64,000 bases of DNA, taken from Macrostomum lignano (lineage: Eukaryota). Shown here one piece after another: positions 22,342-36,042 of this stretch (position 1 is its first letter; every line of letters begins with the position of its first letter). Below the pieces are notes generated by a model. That model searched no databases and was not told the DNA's origin. It saw only the letters and a program-made list of their open reading frames with translations. Made by a program: the position numbers and the translations under genes. Location: contig NIVC01001206.1 in NCBI GenBank assembly GCA_002269645.1, forward strand, positions 233,850 through 297,849. The letters run 5' to 3'.

Positions 22342-25300
22342 ATGGAGCAGGAAAAGCGAGACGAAGAAAAGTCATTAATCTTTCTTCGGCACAGCCTTGG
22401 CTTAGTGTACACCCTGGTGATTTTTTCTATCGGCCTATCAACCAGCGTGTACTTCGCCATGACCGGCGATCGCGCGGAGAGCACCCAATTTCACGAGGCA
22501 TTCTTTTTCATTGTCTATTTAACCGGCATCGGGTCCTGCGTCGCTCTTGGCGTCTACATGTGGCGCAATCGTGACAGTCGCTACCACTCTCAGCGTAGGC
22601 AGATTCGCATGGAATCTCTCAGTCTGGGCCACCGGCTAGCCGGTGTCGCGCCGCCGCAGCAGACGGACAACTCTACTGCGGTTGCCGCGCCAAGCGATGT
22701 CCGCTTTGAAGATGGCTCAGTGGCTAGTCTGCCATTCGTTGCCCACTGCGGCGAAGGCTTCAATGCTTACCTGCGGGCTGGCCTGGCGCTGTTTGTTGCT
22801 GGCACGGTTGCCTTGGATTTGTTGCACATGTCGGCGCCCTATCTAGATGGCAACAAGCCAGCCTGCACAGGCAATCCGTTTCAAACTGCTCTCTACGCCT
22901 GTCAGCTACTGTTTGTAGTCGCATCTGGCAGCCTGTTGGCTTTCGGGCATAGGGCAATTTTCTTGCAGCACAGAGGCTTTATAACTGCCCTGCTGGGCCA
23001 CCTGCTCACCGCCTGTCTGTGCCTGTGGGCTCACAGTTCAGTTGCGGAAATCACTATCGCTGTAGTTCTAGCTAGGCCGCTTGGCAAAACCAATGCCACG
23101 GCCACCTTCGCCGCTTTGAATGCCTCGGCCGCTTGTCCGAATGGTCGGGCGGCCATCGATTCTCTGGATCCGTTTCTCAGTCCGGCCAAAGTTGAGTTTG
23201 CTCTGCTAGCTGGGCCCATGGCCCTGCAACTGCTAGCCTATGTTGGCGATCACCGGATGGTAGAAGCCAAGCAGTCGGCCCCGGCCGAGACCAATGCCAA
23301 CTGCGAGTCGGAGGAGACTGGGGAGAATAGCCGGCTACGGCAACGCTCGAACAGCAGCGGCGATAATCGAGAGGGTGCGTTTGCTAAGTATCAGTATATA
23401 ATAGTAGTATGATGCCGGTTTTATTTATATTCTTTATTCTGAGATTGTTTCGTTATGTTTTAAATGCAATGATCACGTTTTACTTTCAATTATTTGCATT
23501 TTTATTTAATTTATTGTTTTTGTGCGTCAAATTGTTTACAAAAACGTATCAGTTCTATTTGTTCCGGTTCATCTAGTGCATTTCTATGATCAGTTATACA
23601 CTGTTGCACAATGCCGTATGGTGTTTTGCTTCGCAAATTTATTTTAAAAAATAGATTATGAACGCAATTGCCTTTTGTTCACTTGTGTTCAGATCTTTAA
23701 AAAAAACTAAATAAAGTATTGATGAAACAGTAGTCGTAGCAATCTGTTACTGATAATTACAGCGTTAGGCGCTGTTGTTATGGATGATGGGCATTGATTA
23801 TTATATCATTAAATGCACATACTCCTAAGTGCTATGCAAAGCTAGACTGTTCTCTACCGTACTGTGGTATGGAGTATAATGCATTGCGTTCGATTCCGTT
23901 CAGACTTCAGAAACAATGGTGCAGAAAAAAAAACAATTTATAATTTACAGCACGTCAATGCTTATTAATCTGATCTGTATTTTATGTACGGTGGTAAAGT
24001 ATGTTATATGCGTATGCAGCTACTAAAAGTCCTAACGGTATAATATAACAAGAGCCAATTAATCTGATCTCTGTACATAACGCATAGCCATACGCAGGGT
24101 GTACTAAAGTGTCTTCACTCGGTGTCTCAAGTTGGCACTAGTGAGCCAGCCGCTCAAAAAAAGCCAAAGGCTAAACTGATTTAAGGCTTATACACTCGGA
24201 ATCGAACTATGGGACTTGAAGCGTTTCTAAATAATCTTAATGGATAATGAGTATTATGATTTTACCTGTTTATATGAGTACTAACAACAATATACTGTAC
24301 CTATTTATTTTCTATGCATAGTGCTCAAGTACTGCACATATTATTGCATCACGATGAGCTTTGCTTTGCATCTGTAACTAACAATAGCTACTTGGGGGCA
24401 AACAATAACAATGCATCGTCTTAAAACTACACAATTTTCACCATAGGTTCAAAAATAGCCGTAATAAGAGCGCCAAACTTATCATTGTACTTTATGCTAA
24501 CACATTTCTGTTGTACTTTCATTTGTAATGTAACTGTTGCTACGTCGCGTTGGTTACACATGTACACACAGCAAGCGAACTGTATGCATTTTTCTACTTC
24601 GTACATTGTTTTATAGTTGATACAGTGAAATTTGTACTTTAAGAGATTCAATTCTCAATATGTTGGTAGACTATATTGTATACAATGCAACACGCCAGTT
24701 CATTCGAAATCTTACATTCTAATTCAAGGTACGCTCGTACATTGACTACCGTACAGCCATCTCCCCTTATCTTAATGCGACCACCAGCAGAACGCGCCGA
24801 GAAAGCTGATTGGCTGCGCCAACTGAACATTGAACTGACTGTGCGCGATCTGATTGGCCCAGCCATTGGCGCGGCCGCTTTCATTGTCACATTGGCCGTG
24901 TGCACCTGCGTATTATCGTTGAAAGATCGCAAAGCCGCCGCTCTGGCTTACCTGATCCATACGGCTCTGCTACACCTGGCCGCTATTGCAGCCTCTGTGC
25001 CGGCTCTGTGCCGTTTGCGCCAACTGGAGTTTGTCAGCGCCGAACGGCACGCCTTTGATGATAGGCTATTGGTAAATTTATTGCAATTGTGCCGCCTAAA
25101 TAATGTGGTCACACTTAAAAAAGAACCCTCAACATGCAGCTATTCTAATCTCTGATTTTCACCCGAGCGTAATAACAATCATGCGAACTAGATACACTTT
25201 GATTACTAGCAATTTTATCGAATTTAGGCTTTAGCCTTTAAATGCTAGTGGCTTCTATCTAATAAATTAATTAGTTTGTACTGTATACATATACAAGTAT

Positions 25301-28084
25301 TTCCCGGCGCATTGCGGGTACGCAATTTTCTCGTCGAATGCGAGCAGACCTGCAGACTGCAGCCATATCAAGCACCACCCCAGCCACTGAGAATCTGCCT
25401 CACGGCACCACCCAACGGCCCAGCCAATAAGAATCGGCCTCAGCACCACCCCAGCCACAGAGAATCCAACTCACAGTACTACCCAACGGCCCAGCCAATA
25501 AGAATCGGCCTCACAGCACCACCCCAGCCAATGAGAATCTGCCTCACGGCACCACCCAACGGCCCAGCCAATAAGAATCGGCCTCAGCACCACCCCAGCC
25601 AATGGGAATCGACCTCGCAACACCACCCCAGCCACTGAGAGAATCGAGTCTCACAGCACAGCACGGGCCTCACTCTAGGCACTGGGAATCTGGTCTCACA
25701 GCACCACCCAGCCCCTGAAAATCGGGTCTCACAGTACCACCCAGCCCCTGAAAATCGAGTCTCACAGTACCACCCCAGCCATTTAAGAATCGGCCTCACT
25801 GCACCACCCCAGCCATTTAAGAATCGACCTCACTGCACCACCCCAGCCATTTAAGAATCGGCCTCACTGCACCACCCCAGCCATTTAAGAATCGACCTCA
25901 CTGCACCACCCCAGCCATTTAAGAATCGGCCTCACTGCACCACCCCAGCCATTTAAGAATCGGCCACACTGCACCACCCCAGCCATTTAAGAATCGGCCT
26001 CACTGCACCACCCCAGCCATTTAAGAATCGGCCTCACTGCACCACCCCAGCCATTTAAGAATCGACCTCACTGCACCACCCCAGCCATTTAAGAATCGGC
26101 CTCACTGCACCACCCCAGCCATTTAAGAATCGGCCTCACTGCACCACCCCAGCCATTTAAGAATCGGCCACACTGCACCACCCCAGCCATTTAAGAATCG
26201 GCCTCACTGCACCACCCCAGCCATTTAAGAATCGGCCTCACTGCACCACCCCAGCCATTTAAGAATCGGCCTCACTGCACCACCCCAGCCATTTAAGAAT
26301 CGACCTCACTGCACCACCCCAGCCATTTAAGAATCGACCTCACTGCACCACCCCAGCCATTTAAGAATCGGCCTCACTGCACCACCCCAGCCATTTAAGA
26401 ATCGACCTCACTGCACCACCCCAGCCATTTAAGAATCGGCCTCACTGCACCACCCCAGCCATTTAAGAATCGGCCTCACTGCACCACCCCAGCCATTTAA
26501 GAATCGACCTCACTGCACCACCCCAGCCATTTAAGAATCGGCCTCACTGCACCACCCCAGCCATTTAAGAATCGACCTCACTGCACCACCCCAGCCATTT
26601 AAGAATCGGCCACACTGCACCACCCCAGCCATTTAAGAATCGGCCTCACTGCACCACCCCAGCCATTTAAGAATCGGCCTCACTGCACCACCCCAGCCAT
26701 TTAAGAATCGGCCTCACTGCACCACCCCAGCCATTTAAGAATCGGCCTCACTGCACCACCCCAGCCATTTAAGAATCGACCTCACTGCACCACCCCAGCC
26801 ATTTAAGAATCGGCCTCACTGCACCACCCCAGCCATTTAAGAATCGGCCTCACTGCACCACCCCAGCCATTTAAGAATCGACCTCACTGCACCACCCCAG
26901 CCATTTAAGAATCGGCCTCACTGCACCACCCCAGCCATTTAAGAATCGACCTCACTGCACCACCCCAGCCATTTAAGAATCGACCTCACTGCACCACCCC
27001 AGCCATTTAAGAATCGGCCTCACTGCACCACCCCAGCCATTTAAGAATCGACCTCACTGCACCACCCCAGCCATTTAAGAATCGGCCTCACTGCACCACC
27101 CCAGCCATTTAAGAATCGGCCTCACTGCACCACCCCAGCCATTTAAGAATCGACCTCACTGCACCACCCCAGCCATTTAAGAATCGGCCACACTGCACCA
27201 CCCCAGCCATTTAAGAATCGGCCTCACTGCACCACCCCAGCCATTTAAGAATCGGCCTCACTGCACCACCCCAGCCATTTAAGAATCGGCCTCACTGCAC
27301 CACCCCAGCCATTTAAGAATTGGCCTCACTGCACCACCCCAGCCAGGGTTGCTTTCACAAACGCGAAATTTCACAACCGCGAAACTTCACAACCGCTAAT
27401 TTTTTTGCAGTCACTTTCATAAACGCGAAACTTCACAACCGCTAAATCACCCACTTTCACAACCGCGAAACTTCACAACCGCTAAAAAGACTGCAGTATA
27501 TGAAAGTATGTGCAACATTTTTAGCGGTTGTGAAGTTTCGCGGTTGTGAAAGTAGATGACATTTAGCGGTTATGAAATTTCGCGTTTGTGAAACCCACGC
27601 CCCAGCCACTTGAGAAACGGATGAAACCGCCAATTCGCAGATCGCAGCTTTCCTCGGTGACCTGATCTACTGCATATTCATGCTATGCGCCCTGCTAGCC
27701 AATGCCTGGGTTTACCCTGTGGAGCTGGCCACCATGGAAGGCCTGGCAGGGCTGCTAGGCTTAGGCCAGGCCGTGATGCAGGCGCCGCTTCTGCTGGACG
27801 GCCTCCGTCGCCGGTCCAGCCGGCCGGATCTGCTAGAAAAAAAGCCCGGCCGAGGCTGCATCGCCGCCCTGCTAGGCATCAACTTGGCCCTGTGGCTGCT
27901 GGGCACCTTCGAGAGCAGCCGGATGGACGGAGTCGCTAGCGAGCTATTGAACGGACGCATCTCTGTACTTGGCTATCGCCTGGTCATGCACATCGGCCTG
28001 CCCTTTGCTATCCTGTTCAGATTCCATTCTAGCGTGTGCTGCTCGCTAATCTGGGGCAAAGCTTACACGGAGGAAGAGGAGTAA
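22342..28084 (+). CDS. Otopetrin-family proton channel; exons 22342-23374, 24788-25071, 27641-28084
   Basis: OTOP motifs: NAYLRAGLALFVAG, HLLTACLCLW, PFLSPAKVEFALL, FDDRLL, KKPGRGCIAALLGINLALW, HIGLPFAILFRFHSSVCC..IWGKAY. Splice phases 1 and 0 are consistent. Confidence 0.88.
25370..27345. repeat. 34-bp minisatellite (gcaccaccccagccatttaagaatcggcctcact), ~45 near-perfect copies after degenerate units, in the otopetrin intron
   Basis: Tandem units; degenerate 25370-25790, homogeneous 25790-27345. Confidence 0.96.
27346..27602. mobile_element. Palindromic MITE inserted in the last unit of the 34-bp array
   Basis: tttcacaaacgcgaaatttca is inverse to tgaaatttcgcgtttgtgaaa; flanked by a direct repeat (ccc)cagcca. 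Confidence 0.8.
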
Positions 28085-29329
28085 GCCAATGTAATTAGCT
28101 ACTGTTAGTAGCAGTGAAGCAAAGCAACGTAAAAAGCGCTAATAGTGGCCTTAATGTAAAAACATTGTCAAGAATTCTTCAATTTCATACAACAAAGTTA
28201 TTTAAAAGCAATCCGTTCTTCAATTCAAACTTAGTACCTACTTAGTATTGCTTGTATGTACTTTATAGGCGGTTAGTTTACAAATTTACGATAGTTAAAA
28301 TTAAACAAAAAAGCTTTTGGAGACAGAAGTTGCCATTTTTATATCGTGTCAATAAAATCTTATGGATAGAAAACTTTCCCTGTTTTTGAATCTTGTGTAG
28401 ATTTTTTTTCTGGAAAAGTTTTTTATAAGATTTTGAGAAAATAACAAAAAATTACAATAAATACCCGAAATGAAGGTCATCAAAAACTCATTGCTCATAG
28501 AGCTTATTATCTGCTTAAAACTTAATAAAATTTCTTTTTATTGTTTTTATGACATTTTTAGTATTTCTTTATAATCCATGTCCGCGCACTTTTTTGAACT
28601 GAACTTAGCTGTCTTATATTACAATGCAGAAACATTTCGTGCCTTGCTGTGCTTAGGCCGATTTAAATTTTTTTTTAAATCCACAATTTTTCTTACAAAT
28701 CGAATTAATTTTTTAGCTATTTGTTAAGATTCGCTTTGAGGCCAATCCTGCTGTAGATTGAACCGATCTGTCTACTTATTATTGTACCATTGTTTCTGAG
28801 TTCACAAACTATATACTTTTCATAAGCACCATTGTTATTGTCAGTAGCTTATTTTACAGGATGTTTACCGCTTTATTAAAAAAAATTCTTATAAATTTTT
28901 AGCTGGAAACCAAACCAATTATCATATTGAGCCTTTTTATGGTCTTTTTGTCATTTTTATTAATTTTATGGCAATATTTTACTGCGTGGCTGCTATGTAT
29001 AGCACGCTGATAGTTTTTTAAACCGTTTTATTCAATTTTATTCTTAATTAGTTTCCATTCTACTGGTACCTTTGCCTTCCAACGCCCGCCTTTTCGGGGA
29101 TGTGCACCAAGTGTCATTTTAATAGGTATTGCATTCTTTGAAATTTCCGGGGTTCTTTTGAAACTGACTTACGGGGTAAATCAAGGATAAAATAATTAAA
29201 CTTCAGAAAATTTTTTGGGACACCCGTCGTACTTAAAAAACCCAAGCCCAACCGAGACAATGTTGGTGCCGCTTAGCGAGCACTCAAAGACTATTTATTA
29301 CACTGCCAATGCCCACCCCGCTGATTGAC

Positions 29330-30135
29330 TAGAAGGGTCTGCTCGTGGGGTTGGTGAACTTTATCGATTTTCTTTTCAGCCCAGACCCCCTACTCCCTCT
29401 TTCCATTTAGTGAACCTCCTGGCTGTCAGGGTCTGCGCGCGGGGTCGGGGAACTTTATCGATTTTCTTTTCAGCCCAGACCCCCTACTCCCTCTTTCCAT
29501 TCAGTCAACCTCCTGGCTGTCAGGGTCTGCGCGCGGGGTCGGGGAACTTTATCGATTTTCTTTTCAGCCCAGACCCCCTACTCCCTCTTTCCATTCAGTC
29601 AACCTCCTGGCTGTCAGGGTCTGCGCGCGGGGTCGGGGAACTTTATCGATTTTCTTTTCAGCCCAGACCCCCTACTCCCTCTTTCCATTCAGTCAACCTC
29701 CTGGCTGTCAGGGTCTGCGCGCGGGGTCGGGGAACTTTATCGATTTTCTTTTCAGCCCAGACCCCCTACTCCCTCTTTCCATCCAGTCAACCTCCCTCTG
29801 GCTGTCAGTGTCTGCGCGCGGGGTCGGGGAACTTTATCGATTTTCTTTTCAGCCCAGACCCCCTACTCCCTCTTTTCATTTAGTGAACCTCCTGGCTGTC
29901 AGTGTCTGCGCGCGGGGTCGGGGAACTTTATCGATTTTCTTTTCAGCCCAGACCCCCTACTCCCTCTTTTCATTTAGTGAACCTCCTGGCTGTCAGGGTC
30001 TGCGCGTGGGGTCGGTGAACTTCATATCGATTTTTTTTCAGCCCAGACCCCTACTACCTCTTTTCCATATAGCCAACCTCTGGCTATCACGGTCTGCGCA
30101 CGGGGTCGGTGAACTTTATCGATTTTCTTTTCCCC
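29330..30135. repeat. 94-bp tandem repeat, ~8 copies, intergenic
   Basis: Unit ggggaactttatcgattttcttttcagcccagacccc...ggtctgcgcgcggggtc; the translation cycles through three frames every 94 aa. Confidence 0.93.
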
Positions 30136-30574
30136 AACATACCTTAACTTTATGGCTTCTAGCTGTTCATGATTTATTGCTTACCTTTTATTTTAATTAG
30201 CTCTTACCATGACTTTCCTGTCTGGCTTATTGTTTTCTAGATTATAATCATATGACAATCCTTACAATTACAACCAAAATCTTGCTAAACATTTTATACT
30301 ATTCCTGCTGAAATATTTACAGCTTTTACCAAGCTAAACTCACAATGTAGGCACGGCACTATGATTAGTAAATTCACGCTTAAAACACCTAAGCTGTCTA
30401 TTTTGGCAGACATAAAAATTACATTGCACTGAAACTATATTTTCTATTTATTACCATTGTAATTTCATAATTGTTCGTTATTTTCGTAAGTTTTGGGCTA
30501 GTACGAGCTTAGTGTAGCACGAGTATTGTGTACTTTTATTGCACACTTTTAAGAATCCTCAGCATGGGTTACCA

Positions 30575-31372
30575 CCCTCCCAGATCCTCAGATTGAACTT
30601 CCACCCTCCCAGATCCTCAGATTGAACTTCCAACCTCCCAGATCCTCTGATTGAACTACCAACCTCCCAGATCCTCTGATTGAACTACCAACCTCCCAGA
30701 TCCTCAGATTGAACTTCCACCCTCCCAGATCCTCAGATTGAACTTCCAACCTCCCAGATCCTCAGATTGAACTACCAACCTCCCAGATCCTCAGATTGAA
30801 CTACCAACCTCCCAGATCCTCAGATTGAACTTCCACCCTCCCAGATCCTCAGATTGAACTTCCAACCTCCCAGATCCTCAGATTGAACTACCAACCTCCC
30901 AGATCCTCAGATTGAACTACCAACCTCCCAGATCCTCAGATTGAACTACCAACCTCCCAGATCCTCAGATTGAACTACCAACCTCCCAGATCCTCAGATT
31001 GAACTTCCAACCTCCCAGATCCTCAGATTGAACTTCCAACCTCCCAGATCCTCAGATTGAACTACCAACCTCCCAGATCCTCAGATTGAACTACCAACCT
31101 CCCAGATCCTCAGATTGAACTACTAACCTCCCAGATCCTCAGATTGAACTACCAACCTCCCAGATCCTCAGATTGAACTACCAACCTCCCAGATCCTCAG
31201 ATTGAACTTCCACCCTCCCAGATCCTCTGATTGAACTTCCAACCTCCCAGATCCTCTGATTGAACTTCCACCCTCCCAGATCCTCTGATTGAACTTCCAC
31301 CCTCCCAGATCCTCTGATTGAACTTCCAACCTCCCGGATCCTCAGATTGAGCCGCCACTTTCCCAGATCTTT
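30575..31372. repeat. 29-bp minisatellite (ccaacctcccagatcctcagattgaacta), ~27 copies, ~190 nt upstream of the RBM12-like ATG
   Basis: Tandem units visible. Confidence 0.96.
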
Positions 31373-31557
31373 CCTCATTAAAAACGATTATTCTAGCCTA
31401 GCTTACAGAAATTTCATCACGGATCTTAATGCGAGAATAATCTAAATATACTAAATCTCTAATTGATGCTATTTTTTGCCAAAGCACCTCCAGCCTCTAA
31501 TCTAGGTTAAATTAAGCTTTATCCAATCGGACGCAAATTACAACTAGTCAGGCAGCC

Positions 31558-34500
31558 ATGTCGGGCGGCACTGTGCTCATCCGGCTGCAGAACCTCGCCT
31601 GGAGCGCCAACGCCTCCGATATTCGCCGATTTTTCAACGGCTTGGCCATACCGGAGGGCGGCGTCCATATTGTTGGCGGCGATCGTGGCGACGCCTTTGT
31701 CACCTTTACCAGCGACGAGACCGCTCGACTAGCGCTGTTGCTGGACGGCCAGGAGCTGTGCGGCCAGACTCTGAAACTATTCGTCAGCTCCAATGCCGAG
31801 ATGCAGCACGTTGTGCAGCAGGTCCGTCTAGCAGCTGTGGCTCCGGCCGAGGAGCCTCAGCCGCCGACTACACCGACTCCACCGCCGTTGCGAGAACAAC
31901 CCAATCAGGGCCCGTTTGAGCACTCTGCTGGGTACCGGGGCAGAGGCTACGGACGGGTGAGCAGGGCTGATTGTGCTATGGTATGTGCTTGGGTCTTAAC
32001 AGATTGAGTTTATCAAAAAAACTCGCTTCAGGAATCCAAGGGAGATCGCTGAATTTCCTGTATTAAGTTCAACAGTGCGAGACATTCTTTCTCTTTGTTT
32101 AAAAGTCTGCCAAAGATTTCAAGGACCCATGACTACCCTTCTATGACTGAATCTCAAATTCCACTGGCTTTGACTCACCGAGCATAGCTACTCTCAATTA
32201 CTCAAAGAGCATACCTACCACAGAATGACTCACAGAGCATACCTACCACACAATGACTCACAGAGCATACCTACCACACAATGACTCACAGAGCATAGCT
32301 ACCACACAATGACTCACAAAGCATACCTACCCCACAATGACTCACAGAGCATACCTACCACACAATGACTCACAGAGCATACCTACCCCAAAGTGCCTAT
32401 TTCAACCTACTGACCCGCAACTCTTGCAGGCTGACCAGAGGCCCTATCCCAGAGAGCGCTTCTACCCGGAGGCCGATGCCAGACAGCACACCGGTGGCAG
32501 CCGATATTTTCCCGCCGACACTGCCGTCGCAGCCTATGAAAATGACGCCGCGGCGGCCGCTGTGCCACCAGAGAAGCGGCAGCGTCTTGACCGCGGCGAG
32601 GGCTACTATAGGGAAGGCGGCGATGGCTACGGGCGAAACGGCGGCAGGGAAGGCGGCCGAGGAGGCTACGAACCGACCGCCTACGGCCGTAGAATCTACG
32701 CTGATCAGCAGCAGCCGCAGTCGCGATATCCCATGCATCATCAGCAGACTTGGCCTCAGCAACGGCATAGCAACGGAGCCGAGTCCGAATTCACCGATCG
32801 GCAGCAGTACCGGCAGCCGTATCAGCAGCACCCTCACCACCAGCGATATCGGGAGGACAACGGCGGCAACTACGACAGTGGCTACGGCTCTTCTAGGCGC
32901 TGGGCTTCCAATTCTAGCAGAACCGACGAGGAAAACTACAGATATAGCCGCGGCGGCGACTGGAACGAGCAACACAACAGCGGCTGGAACAATGCACAAC
33001 AGATGGAAGGCGGAGAAGGTCGCAGCGGCGGCGGCCCTGCTTCTGATGCTGCTGCGGCTGCCGCGGCTTCTGCCCTGAATGCCTACTCAAACATCTACAG
33101 CGGCGGGGAAGACAATCCGCCGTCGACATCGTTGGCAGCGGCCTATTCGTCTAGCCGGGATCCTCGCTTGGCCGGCCGCAACCAGCGGGAGCCGGTGGAC
33201 TCAACTGCCCGAGGTCCCGTCGAAGCTGCTGCCGCTATTGAGAGCGAAGATCGATCGAGCTTCTATAACGAGCACCGGGACCCGAGATTCAAAGGCGAGC
33301 TGTACAACGCCGAGGCTCGGAGCCGGCCTGCCGATGAGGCCAAGCAGCCGCAGCCGCAGCTGCCACTCGGATCGGCGTCCAGCAGCGGCCGGAGCCGAGA
33401 ACGGGACTACAAAGCTGAGGAAGAGGGCTACGTGTTCTACAAAGATCGCGGCCAGCAGCAGCAGAGAGGCGGTCGCTACGCCGGCGGCCGGGGCGGATCC
33501 CACCATTCGCGTCCGTATGACGATACAGCGGCGGCGGAGTTTGGCGACAGCGGCGGACGGCGAGGGCGTCAATCTTATGATAACTACGAAATGGGTGAGG
33601 AGGGCGGCGGTCCGCGCGGCGGCTGGCGAGGACGTGGTAGAGGCGGCCGCGGCGGCGGAGGGCCAAGCAATGGATTTCCGGCGCCGTACTCTGAGAGCGG
33701 CGGCTACCGGCCGAAGCCGTGGATAGCAGACGGCAGCGGCGGTAGCGGTCCAGCCGGTAGCAGCGGTTTCCAGCTGTTGCCGCAGCCGCCAGTCGGTGAC
33801 GACGATTCCGTCGCCGCCGCGTTTCGCCAGCTGTGCCATCCCGGCCGGCCGAAGTCGCTGCTCGGCCCGGCGCCAAGTGGGCCGCCTCCAAACTGGCGGT
33901 CGGAGGCCGCTCAGTCCCCGGCGGCCGCTGCCGCCGAGCTGCCAAACCAGACCAGTTTGCAGCCGCCGCCGATGCCGCAGTTGCCGCGAGAGGCGCTGCC
34001 GGACTACACGAAGGGCCCGCGCGACGAGCATTTCATAGCGCTGGCCGGCCTGCCTCTGGACCCGATTATTCGGACGCCTGCGCCGCCCTTCCTGGAATTC
34101 GGCTGGCCCTGTCCGACGTAAAATTCGAGACTGATGCTCTTGGCAGGCGAACTGGACAGGCTTTTGTCCGACTAGTCGAACCGGCGGACGTGTTGAGGGC
34201 GATTAGCCAGTCAGGTGAGCTTCGTTACTAAAGTACTAAATTTTTTTAAGTTTGGGTAAAGCCAGCCTTCAAAAACTTTCTAAGAAACGAAATTTTCCCA
34301 TCCTACTTAAGTCATATTTTATTCTGGCATGGAATGTCCTAACAACCCAATGGTGTATCCTACTTGTAAGTAGCAAGATAGGAGTAGGAATAAGTAGGAA
34401 TAATTATCTGCAACTAATCAATAATCGTATTCGCCTTTTCGATCGCAGTAACCGACGACAGCGGCAGAGTGCACGTGAGCGCCTCCTGCGAGCACGAGTT

Positions 34501-35095
34501 CCGCTGCGCCAACGATCCGGACTTCACTGGCGACGCCGACGATCCAGACATCGGCGGCGGCAGCGGCGGCGTGGAATTCCCGCCCAGGCCGTCGCCCTAC
34601 TACCTGGACTGCTGTCTGGAGGTGAACGGCCTGCCGCAGCCGATCGTAGCCGAGGATCTGCTGACTGTGTTCGGCGACGACCGGGCAATCGCCGATATGT
34701 CTGAAGATTTGCACCTGGACCGGAGCAAGGACCCGAACTCGGTGACGGCTTATCTGCGATTCGACGGCTTCGAACGATTTGCCGAGGCCACTCGGAGTGA
34801 CGTCACCCAGCTGGCGCCCTGCGCCTACTTTGTCGCCATCTCCCGGCTGCAGTTCGCCAGCTACAGGGCGGCCTCTCTGCGCTGCGGCGACGCCGGCGCC
34901 GAGGAAGACGACGAGGACGACGAAGAGGTCGACGATCAGGGAAGGCCGTCGAAGGCGACCGACTTCAGGCGCCCGCCGATCGGGTTTCAGCGGCAGCAGC
35001 CAATCGGAGCTGTTGTGAAGCAGAAAAACCCGCAATGGAAGAAATCGAAGCCGGATCGAGCGCTGCCTAGCAACAAGACTGATGAAGCCTGTTAG
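31558..35095 (+). CDS. RBM12: RBM12/ESRP-like quasi-RRM RNA-binding protein; exons 31558-31956, 32430-34214 (apparent frameshift ~34062), 34449-35095
   Basis: N-terminus VLIRLQNLAWSANASDIRRFFNGLAIPEGGVHIVGGDRGDAFVTF follows the RBM12 RRM1 pattern. A long RG/Y-rich low-complexity region precedes a second RRM (FIALAGLP...GRRTGQAFVRL). Splice phases 0 and 1 fit. Confidence 0.75.
32195..32395. repeat. 28-bp minisatellite (cacaatgactcacagagcatacctacca) in RBM12-like intron 1
   Basis: About 7 tandem units ending ~30 nt before the acceptor. Confidence 0.93.
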
Positions 35096-35630
35096 CTTCT
35101 ATGGCTTTGTCCCAGCTTCTCTGTCCCGATAATAAGTTAATCATAATAATAAATTTACTAAAGCGAATACAGTTAACGCTGTACAGTCGGAGTCTGTGCG
35201 TTGTTGTCGAGTTAAAAAATATTTTAAATGCCTGTCAATTCATGTCTATAATTTAACAGCTTATTGCTAAGCGCTGTCTTGTGTGTGCAAAGTGATCCAG
35301 CGGCCTGCGTCATCCCATGTTCTAACTATGTGACATTATCCATCTCTCAAATGTTATGATATTTTTGCTAAGCTATCAACTAATAATATATAGCAATAGG
35401 CATATCGTATTTCTGTGCTTAAACAGTCACCGAAAGACAACTTTGACCGGAGTCAGTGGTAGTTTAACAGATTTTTTTACATGCATCGTACATTTACCGA
35501 TACAAAGAAATTCTGCAATAACTCACCATCTTTACTACTTAATCTTATGGTTGTAGGTCCTTGTTTTAGTAGTTTTTAAACAAAGTTCAATTTGGGCTTG
35601 ATTTGGCTACAGATATTAAAATATCTAGAT

Positions 35631-36042
35631 AGACCACTCAGGCATACAATGCTTTGTAGAACAGCTTTCTACTTCCAGTTCAGTAGCAAAGAAGAATTCA
35701 TAAGCTATTTTATAACAATTAAGCCAGTTGAAATGATTCTGATAACTGTAGAAGCCCAAGCTTGCAGACGTAAACAACTTGCTAATTGGTTCAGCCATAA
35801 TGTACATTAGCCAGCGCCACTGAAATGTACATCGAGAAAGGCAATTAAAAATTAGGCGGCGGGGTGGGTGTAGAGGTTCCGTGTAGAAAGGCGCGGTGGG
35901 AGGGGGGCTTCAAGGTTTAAGCTAGGGGAATTAAAGAGCCAATAAATGAGCCTGTCTTTAAGTTTAAACTACATTAAAATCGTGCTTGTGTTTAACTTCT
36001 GCTGAACTGGAAGTAGCTTACAGGCAAATGTGCTGAGTGCCT
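35631..36042. mobile_element. MITE, copy 1 of the family also at 59832-60258
   Basis: ccactcaggca / tgctgagtgcc ends; shared core cccaagcttgcag.cgtaaacaacttgctaattggttcagc. Confidence 0.75.
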
